NCBI GenBank assembly: GCA_009914755.4
Contig: CP086569.2
Span: 11,712,001-11,776,000 of the forward strand
Direction of reading: 5' to 3'
Length of the DNA stretch: 64,000 nt
From: the human T2T-CHM13v2.0 reference genome, Homo sapiens
This document shows, one piece after another, positions 55,752-64,000 of this stretch (position 1 is its first letter; each line of letters starts with the position of its first letter). A program made the translations under genes and the position numbers. The notes beneath the pieces are model-generated. The model did no database searches and was not told the origin of the DNA. It was given only the letters and a program-made list of their open reading frames with translations.

Positions 55752-58700
55752 TCAAATGGAATGCAATTGAATGGAATAGAAAGGAAGAGAATGGAATTGA
55801 GAGTAATGGAAAGATATCGAATGGAATGAAATGGAATGGAAAGGAATTGAATGGAAAGGAATGGAGTGGAAAGAAATGGATTGGAATGGAATGGTCTCCA
55901 ATGGAATGGACTGGAGTGGAATGGAATCGAATGGAATGAAAAGAATGGACCGGAATGGTACGGAAAGGAATAGAATGTTATGGAATCCGATTGGACAGAA
56001 TGGAATGGAATGGAGTTTCATGAAATGGAGTCGAATAGAGTGGCATCAAAAGGAATGGAATGGAATGGAGTGGACTCAAAAGGAATGGACTCGAAAGGAA
56101 TGGAGTCCAACCAAATTGAATCAAATGGATTGGAGTCGAACAGAATGGAATGGAATGGAATGAACTCGACTGGAGTAGAGAGGAATGTAAAGGAATAGAA
56201 TGGAATGTAATCAAATGGATTGCAAGTGAATGGAATCAAAAATAATCGAAAGGAATGGAGTGTAACGGGATGATATTGACTATAATGGAATGGAATGGAA
56301 TTTAATGGAATGGAGTCGAAGGAATGGACAGGAATGTAATGGACTCCAATGGAATGGAATGGATCAAAATGGATTTGAACAGATTGGAATCGAACGGAAT
56401 GGAATGCAATGGAATGGAATGGACTCGAATGGAGAAGAGATAAATGGAATGGAAACGAATTCAATGGAATTGTAAAGAATAGGATGGAATGGCGTGTAAT
56501 GGTAAGATACTAAATGGAATGGAATTGAATGGAATGGAATGGACCCAAATGAAATGCACTCGAAAGGAATATACTCAAGTAGAATGGAATCGAAAGGAAA
56601 GGTCTCAAATGGAATTTATTCAATACAATGGAATCGAATGGAATGCAATAGAATGGAATGGAATCGAATGTAATGGAATCAAATAGAATGGACCAGAATG
56701 GAATGGACTGCCATAGAACGGACTGCAGTGTAATGGATTGAATTCTAATTCATTCAAATGGAATGGAATTGAATGGAATGGAATCCAATGGAATGGATAG
56801 GATTGTACTGGAATGGAATAGCATGGAATGCAACGGAGTGGAATGGAGTTGAATGAAGTGGAATGGAATCGATCGGAATGGAATCAAATGGAATGGACGG
56901 GAATGGAATGGACTGGAAGAGAACAGACTTGAATTTAATGGATTGTAATGTAATTGATTCAAATGGAATGGAATCGAATGGAATGTAATAAAATTGAAGG
57001 GATTTGAGTTCAATACAATGGAATAAAATGGAATGCAAAGGAAAGGAAAGGTACGGAGTGAAATCGAGTGTAATGGAATCGAATGGAAAGAATTCGAATG
57101 GAATGGAATCAAAAGAAATGGACGAGGGACAAAACGGAATCGAACTGATTGGAATCGAATGGAACGGAATGGAATGGAATGGTCTTCATTGGATCGGAGT
57201 AGAACGGCCTGCAATGGAATGGAATGAAATGGAATGGAAAGGAATAGAATGGAATGGAATGGAATGGAATGGAATGGAATGGAAAGATATCGAACGGATT
57301 GGAAAGGAATGGAATGGACCCTAATGGAATGGAATGGAATTCAACAGAAACGAATGGAATGGACTGGAGTGAAATGGAGTCGAATGTAATTGACTGGAGT
57401 GGAATGGACTCGAAAGGAATGGACTCGAATAGAATGGACTGGAATGGATTGTACTCGAATGGAGTGAAAGGGATAAAATGGATTCCACCAGATTGGAATG
57501 GAACAGAATGTAATGGAATGGAATGGAATGGAATGTAATGGAATAGCTCCAATGGAATGGAGTCGAATGCAATGGAACAGAAAGGAAAGGAATTGAATGG
57601 AATTGAAAGTAATAGAACAAAATGGAGTGCAAAGGAAAGATATTGAATGGAATGGATAGAAAAGAAATCGAATGGAATGGACAGGAATGGAATGGAATAG
57701 AATGGAATAGACTGGCGTGCAATGAAAACGAATGGAATGGAAACGAATGGAATGCAATGGAAAGGAATGGAGTAGAATAAATACTATGGAATGGAATGGA
57801 GGCGAAAGGAAAAGAATGGATTGGAATGTCACCGAATGGAAAGATATGGAATGGAAAGTAATGGATACGAATGGAAGGGAATAGAAAGGAACGGAAAGGT
57901 AAAGAATGGAATGGAATCGGATACAATGGAATGCAATGTAATGGAGTCGAATGGAAAATAATCGTGTAGAATGATATCGAATGGAATGGAATGGAATGGA
58001 ATGAAATGGAATGGAATGGAATGAAATGGAATGGAATGGAATGGAATGGAATGGACTAGAATGGAATGTACTCAAATGGATTAGAATAGAATGGAATGGA
58101 ACTAAACGTAATGAACTCGAATGGAATGGACACAAATAGAATGGAAGAGAAAGGAATGGTATTGAATGGAATTTATTCGAATAGAGTGGAATTCAATGGA
58201 ATGCAACAGTGTGGCATGGAATCAAATGGAATGGAATCGAATGGAATGGACCCGAGTGGAATGGACTCACATAGAACAGCCTCGATTGTAATGGATGACA
58301 ATGTATTAGATTCGAAAGGACTGAAATCGAATGGAATGTAATCAAGTAGAACGGAATTGAATGCATGGAATGGCATAGAAAGTAACGCAATGGAATGGAA
58401 TAGACTGGAATGGAATGGAATCGGATGGAATGTAATGAAATGTAATGGAAGGAATGCCATGGAATGGAATGGAATGGAATGCAATGTGACGGTGTATAAT
58501 GGAGTGCAATGGATTTCAGTGGAATGTAGTCAAAAGGAAAGAAATAGAATGGAATTCAATATAATGGAATGGCATCCAATGGCAAGGAATGGAGCGGACT
58601 CCAATGGAAACGAAATGAAAGGAATATAATATAATGGAATGGCATTGAACGAAATGGAATGCAATGGAGTTAAAAGGTAAAATATCGAATGGAAAAGAAT

Positions 58701-61360
58701 TGAATGGACGCGAAAGGAATATAATGGAATGGAATGGACTCGAATGGAATGTACTAGAGTTGAATGGAATCGAATGGAATGGAAAACAATGGAAAGGAAA
58801 GGAAGGGAATTGAAAGGAAAGGAATAGAATGGAATGGAATCGGATGGAACGGAATTGAATTGTATGGAAACTAAAGGAATAGAATAGATAGGAATCGTAT
58901 TGAATGGAATGGAATGGAATGGAATCAGATGGAACAGAAAGGAATGGAATAGAATAGAATGGAACGGCATCGAATGGATGAAATGGCATGTAATGGAATG
59001 GAATAGAAAGGAATGGAATGGACTCGAATGGAATGTACTCAAATGGAATAGAATAGAATGGAATGGAAGTAAATATAATGGACTCGAATGGAATGCATTG
59101 GAATAAATTGGAATTGAGTGTATTGGATTCGAATGGAAAGGAATGGAATGGAATGGAATGGAATGGAATGGAATGGAATGGAATGGAATCGAATGGAATG
59201 GAACGAATTGGAATGTAATTGAATGGAGTCAAAAACAGTAGAAAGAAATAAAGTTTCATCGAATGATATCGAATGGAATTGAATGGAATGTACGCGAATG
59301 GAATGGACTGGAATGGAATGGAGTGACATGTAACGGAATCGAAAGGAATGGAATCCAATGAAATGGAATTGAATGGAATAGAAATGAATAGAATGGAATG
59401 GAGATTAATGGAAAGATATTAAAATAATGGAATGGAATTGAGTGGACACGAATGGAATGGACTGGAATGAAAGGACTCGAATGAAATGGAGCGCATTAGA
59501 ATGGACTCGAATGGAATGGATTGGAGTGGAATGGTCTCGAATGGATTGGAAAGGAATAGAATGGAATGTAATCCAATGGAACGAAATGGAATGGAATGGA
59601 TTCGACTGGAGCAGAGTTGAATGGAGTGGAATTGAATGGAATGGAATGCAATCGAATGGAATGGACACGAATTGAATAGAATGAAATGAAATGGCATAGA
59701 ATGGAATGGAATGGAATGGAATGGAATGGAATGGAATGGAATGGTATGGCGTGGAATGGAATGGCATGGCATGGTATGGAATGGAATGGAATGGAATGAA
59801 ATGGATTGGAATGGGATGGGCCCAAAAGTAATAGACTCAAATAAAAGGGACTCAAATAGAATGAAGTGGAAAGAAATGGTCTCGAATGTAATTTATTCGA
59901 ATAGAATGATATTGAATGGAATGCAATAGTATGGAATGGTATCGAATAGAATGGAATAGAATGGAATGGAATGGAACGGAATGGAGTGCAATTGAACGGA
60001 CTCAAATGCAATAAATTGCAATATAATTGATTCAAATGTAATGGAATCGGATAGAATGTAAACAAATGGAATGGAAGGCAATGCAATGGAAAGGAATCGA
60101 ATGAAATGGAATAAATGGAATGGAATGGAATGGAAAGGATTCGAATATATAGGACTGTTAACGAAAGTTGTCGAATCGAATTTATTCCAATAGAATGGAA
60201 TCGAATGGAATGCAATACTATTGAATCGAATCGAATGGAATGGAATTGAATGGAATGGACAGGAATGGAATGAACTGGAAGTGAATGGACAGGAACGTAA
60301 TATATTGCTATGTAAGTTATTCAAATGGAATGGAATGCAATCGAATGGAATGGACTCGAATGGAATGGACTGGAATGGAATGGACTCAAATGGAATGGAA
60401 AGGAATGTAATGGAATGGAATGGAAAGCAAAGGAATCTACTGGAATAGAATCGAACGGAACAGAAAGGAATGGAATGGAATGGAGTGGAATGGACTCGAA
60501 TGGAATGTATTCGAATGTAATGGACCTGAAAGGAATGGAATCCAATGGAATGAAACTGAATGGAATCAAAAGGAATAGAAAGGAATAGAGTGTAATTGAA
60601 TGATATCGAAAGGAAGGGAATGGAATGAACTCGAATGGAATGCACTGGAATGGAATGGACTCGATCAAAACGGACTGGAGAGGAATGTACACAAATGGAA
60701 TGGAAACGAATGGAATGGAATGAAATGGAATGGAATGAAATGGAATTGAAAGGAACGGAATCAAATGGAATGGAATGGAATGGATTGGAATAGAATGGAT
60801 TCAAATAAAATAGAATCGATGGTAATGGTATTGAATGAAAGGGACTTGAATGGAATGGAAAGCAATGGAAGATATTGGAATCGAATGGCATCAAATGAAA
60901 TGGAATGGAACGGAATGGAACGGAACCGAATGGAATGGAATGGACTCAAATGTAATGGACTCCAATGGAATCGACTGAAATATAATAGTGTCGAAAGGAA
61001 TGGCCTCGAGCGGAATTTATTTGAATAGAATGGAATCAAATGGAATACAATACCATTGAATGGAATCGAATGGAATGGAATCGAATGGAATGGAATCAAA
61101 TGGAATGGAACGGAATTCAATATAATGGAGTAGCATGGAATGCATTGGAAAGGAGCAGAGTGGAATCGATTGGAATGGAATCGAGTGGAATGGAATCAAT
61201 GGGAACAAAATCGAATTGAATGGACTTGAATGGAATTGACTCGAAAGGAATTGACTCGAAAGGAATGGACTGGAACAAAAAGGAATCAAATGGACAGGAA
61301 TGGTATGGAATGGACACGAATGGAATGGAGTCAAATGCAAACGCATCGAATGGCATGGAT
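55752..61360. repeat. HOR unit C, 5609 bp, contains module X
   Basis: Landmark spacing of 5609 bp to unit D. The X module at ~58010-60250 matches 45690-47900 of unit A (ORF pairs 58096-58341/45749-45994, 58357-58629/46010-46282, 58516-59358/46169-46696, 59442-59675/47116-47349). Confidence 0.85.
58010..60250. repeat. Module X copy in unit C
   Basis: Unit C minus unit B is 5609-3361 = 2248 bp. Right junction at 60221-60300 (TTGAATCGAATCGAATGGAATGGAATTGAATGGAATGGACAGGAATGGAATGAACTGGAAGTGAATGGACAGGAACG) matches the A right junction and the B1 path. Confidence 0.8.
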
Positions 61361-64000
61361 TCAAATGGAATGCAATTGAATGGAATAGAAAGGAAGAGAA
61401 TGGAATTGAGAGTAATGGAAAGATATCGATTGGAATGAAATGGATTGGAAAGGAATTGAACGAAAAGGAATGGAGTGGAAAGAAATGGATTGGAATGGAA
61501 TGTTCTCTAATGGAATGGACTGGAATGGAATGGAATCGAATGGAATGAAAAGAATGGAACGGAATGGAACGGAAAGGAATAGAACGTTATGGAATCCGAT
61601 TGGACAGAATGGAATGGAATGGAGTTTCATGAAATGGAGTCGAATAGAGTGTCCTCAAAAGGAATGGAATGGAATGGAGTGGACTCAAAAGGAATGGACT
61701 CGAAAGGAATGGAGTCCAACCAAATTGAATCAAATGGATTGGAGTCGAACAGAATGGAATGGAATGGAATGAAGTCGACTGGAGTAGAGAGGAATGAAAA
61801 GGAATAGAATGGAATGTAATCAAATGGATTGCAAGTGAATGGAATCAAAAATAATAGAAAGGAATGGAGTGTAAAGGGATGATATTGAATTAAATGGAAT
61901 GGAATGGAATTTAATGGAATGGAGACGAAGGAATGGACAGGAATGTAATGGACTCCAATGGAATGGAATGGATCAAAATGGATTTGAACAGATTGGAATC
62001 GAACGGAATGGAATGCAATGGAATGGAATGGACTCGAATGGAGAAGAGACAAATGGAATGGAAACGAATTCAATGGAATTGAAAAGAATAGGATGGAATG
62101 GCGTGTAATGGTAAGATACTAAATGGAATGGAATTGAATGGAATGGAATGGACCCAAATGTAATGCACTCGAAAGGAATATACTCAAATAGAATGGAATC
62201 GAAAGGAAAGGTCTCAAATGGAATTTATTCAATACAATGGAATCGAATGGAATGCAATAGAATGGAATGGAATCGAATGTAATGGAATCAAATAGAATGG
62301 ACCAGAATGGAATGGACTGCCATAGAACGGACTGCAGTGTAATGGATTGAATTCTAATTCATTCAAATGGAATGGAATTGAATGGAATGGAATCCAATGG
62401 AATGGATAGGATTGTACTGGAATGGAATAGCATGGAATGCAACGGAGTGGAATGGAGTTGAATGAAGTGGAATGGAATCGATTGGAATGGAATCAAATGG
62501 AATGGACGGGAATGGAATGGACTGGAAGAGAACAGACTCGAATTTAATGGATTGCAATGTAATTGATTCAAATGGAATGGAATCGAATGGAATGTAATAA
62601 AATTGAAGGGATTTGAGTTCAATGCAATGGAATAGAATGGAATGCAAAGGAAAGGAAAGGTACGGAGTGAAATCGAGTGTAATGGAATCGAATGGAATGA
62701 AATCGAATGGAATGGACTCAAAAGAAATGGAAGAGGGACAAAACGGAATCGAACTGATTGGAATCGAACGGAACGGAATGGAATGGAATGGTCTCCATTG
62801 GATCGGAGTAGAACGCACTGGAATGGAATGGAATGAAATGGAATGGAAAGGAATAGAATGGAATGGAATGGAATGGAATGGAATGGAATGGAATGGAAGG
62901 TAATGGAAAGATATCGAACGGATTGGAAAGGAATGGAATGGACCCTAATGGAATGGAATGGAATTCAACAGAAACGAATGGAATGGACTGGAGTGAAATG
63001 GAGTCAAATGTAATTGACTGGAGTGGAATGGACTCGAAAGGAATGGACTCGAATAGAATGGACTGGAATGGATTGTACTCGAATGGAGTGGAAAGGAATA
63101 AAATGGATTCCACCAGATTGGAATGGAACAGAATGTAATGGAATGGAATGGAATGCAATGGAATAGCTCCAATGGAATGGAGTCGAATGCAATGGAACAG
63201 AAAGGAAAGGAATTGAATGGAATTGAAAGTAATAGAACAAAATGGAGTGCAAAGGAAAGATATTGAATGGAATGGATCGAAAAGAAATCGAATGGAATGG
63301 TCAGGAATGGAATGGAATAGAATGGAATAGACTGGCGTGCAGTGAAAACTAATGGAATGGAAACGAATGGAATGCAATGGAAAGGAATGGAGTAGAATAA
63401 ATACTATGGAATGGAATGGAGGCGAAAGGAAAAGAATAGATTGGAATGTCTACGAATGGAAAGATATGGAATGGAAAGGAATGGATACGAATGGAATGGA
63501 ATAGAAAGGAACGGAAAGGTAAAGAATGGAATGGAATCGGATAGAATGGAATGCAATGTAATGGAGTCGAATGGAAAATAATCGTGTAGAATGATATCGA
63601 ATGGAATGGAATTGAATGGAATGGAATGGAATGGACTCGAATGGAATGTACTCAAATGGATTAGAATAGAATGGAATGGAACTAAACGTAATGAACTCGA
63701 ATGGAATGGACACAAATAGAATGGAAGAGAAAGGAATGGTATTGAATGGAATTTATTCGAATAGAGTGGAATTCAATGGAATGCAACAGTGTGGCATGGA
63801 ATCAAATGGAATGGAATCGAATGGAATGGACCCGAGTGGAATGGACTCACATAGAACAGCCTCGAATGTAATGGATGACAATGTATTAGATTCGAAAGGA
63901 CTGAAATCGAATGGAATGTAATCAAGTAGAACGGAATTGAATGCATGGAATGGCATAGAAAGTAACGCAATGGAATGGAATAGACTGGAATGGAATGGAA
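61361..64000. repeat. HOR unit D (partial, truncated by the window end); module X begins at ~63630
   Basis: ORFs 61361-61630, 61440-61772 and 61587-61823 match 55752-56021, 55831-56163 and 55978-56214. ORFs 63676-63921 and 63773-63970 match the first X-module ORFs 58096-58341 and 58193-58390. Confidence 0.8.
63630..64000. repeat. Module X copy in unit D (start only; continues beyond the window)
   Basis: The sequence at 63641-63700 (CTCGAATGGAATGTACTCAAATGGATTAGAATAGAATGGAATGGAACTAAACGTAATGAACTCG) is identical in pattern to the X starts at 45701-45780 and 58061-58120. Confidence 0.75.

Larger units (their letters stand above)
1..64000 (+). repeat. HSat3-type pentameric satellite array, diverged (GGAAT)n on the + strand ((ATTCC)n on the - strand), continuous across the window
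   Basis: GGAATGGAATGG and its one-substitution variants dominate every line read (e.g. ggaatCgaatgg, ggaatTgaatgg, ggaatcAaatgg, gTaatgg, ggaCtcgaatgg). ORF translations are the MEWNG (+) and IPFHS (-) pentamer signatures. There is no 171 bp alpha-satellite monomer and no ATCATCGAATGGA-style 23/26 bp HSat2 structure. Strand + only marks the orientation of the GGAAT strand. Confidence 0.93.
41400..64000. repeat. HOR-organised HSat3 domain. Unit architecture is Z(partial)-A-B1-B2-C-D(partial), with unit periods of 5571, 3361, 3361 and 5609 bp
   Basis: The landmark GGAATCCGATTGGACAGAATGGAATGGAATGGAGTTTCATGAAATGGAGTCG starts at 43689, 49260, 52621, 55982 and 61591, giving spacings of 5571, 3361, 3361 and 5609. 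The landmark GGCGTGTAATGGTAAGATACTAAATGG recurs at ~44190, 49760, 53121, 56482 and 62092 with the same spacings. Many ORF translations are identical or near-identical between units. Confidence 0.88.

Noticed and set aside
1-64000. Prompted expectation of a novel (prokaryotic-style) biological system such as a defence island, operon or toxin-antitoxin
   Set aside because: The sequence is a eukaryotic pericentromeric satellite. It has no ribosome-binding sites, no non-repetitive coding sequence and no operon-like gene order. Nothing supports such a call.
1-64000. CRISPR array
   Set aside because: The tandem period is 5 bp with variants, and there are no unique spacers of 25-40 bp between conserved repeats. 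The HOR periods (3.4-5.6 kb) are far outside CRISPR geometry.
1-64000. Classification as HSat2 instead of HSat3
   Set aside because: HSat2 is dominated by diverged 23/26 bp units rich in ATCATCGAATGGA-type strings and has very few pure pentamer runs. Here ATCATC is essentially absent and short pure (GGAAT)n runs are frequent, which fits HSat3. The subfamily within HSat3 is not determinable by eye.
1-64000. Longer - strand ORFs as evidence of selection or strand-specific coding
   Set aside because: This is a compositional artefact. The - strand is pyrimidine-rich (A ~20%, G ~8%), so stop codons, which all require purines, arise less often by mutation.

Overview
The whole 64 kb window is one uninterrupted pericentromeric satellite array of the Human Satellite 3 (HSat3) type: diverged (GGAAT)n on the + strand, equivalent to (ATTCC)n/(CATTC)n on the - strand. 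It looks human or great-ape. I see no protein-coding gene, RNA gene, transposon, CRISPR array or prokaryotic-style operon in it. Every ORF in the supplied track is a reading-frame artefact of the pentamer: GGA-ATG-GAA-TGG-AAT gives M-E-W-N-G on the + strand and ATT-CCA-TTC-CAT-TCC gives I-P-F-H-S on the - strand. All three frames of a pure pentamer are open, so long low-complexity ORFs (up to 494 aa on the purine-poor - strand) are expected by chance. There is real structure above the pentamer level. (1) Positions 1-41400 are an older, diverged HSat3 domain without obvious long-range homogenisation, containing a few ~1 kb dispersed duplications at offsets of ~4.9 kb and ~7.5 kb. (2) From ~41.4 kb to the window end the array is organised as a higher-order repeat (HOR). 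There are two near-identical tandem copies of exactly 3361 bp (49030-52390, 52391-55751). They are flanked by 5571 bp and 5609 bp variant copies (43459-49029, 55752-61360, and a partial one from 61361) that carry an extra ~2.2 kb module X. X is bounded by short GGAAT-type micro-homologies, which suggests a deletion by unequal exchange followed by duplication. (3) Three diverged non-pentameric motif families recur every ~0.5-3 kb across both domains. (4) CpG is retained, almost always as the CGAAT variant, alongside its two deamination products TGAAT and CAAAT. Polarity is uniform across the 64 kb, with no inversions. I found no evidence for a novel biological system. The window is best described as classical HSat3 with a locally homogenised HOR and a structural-variant module. 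All statements are from reading the sequence; I ran no database search.
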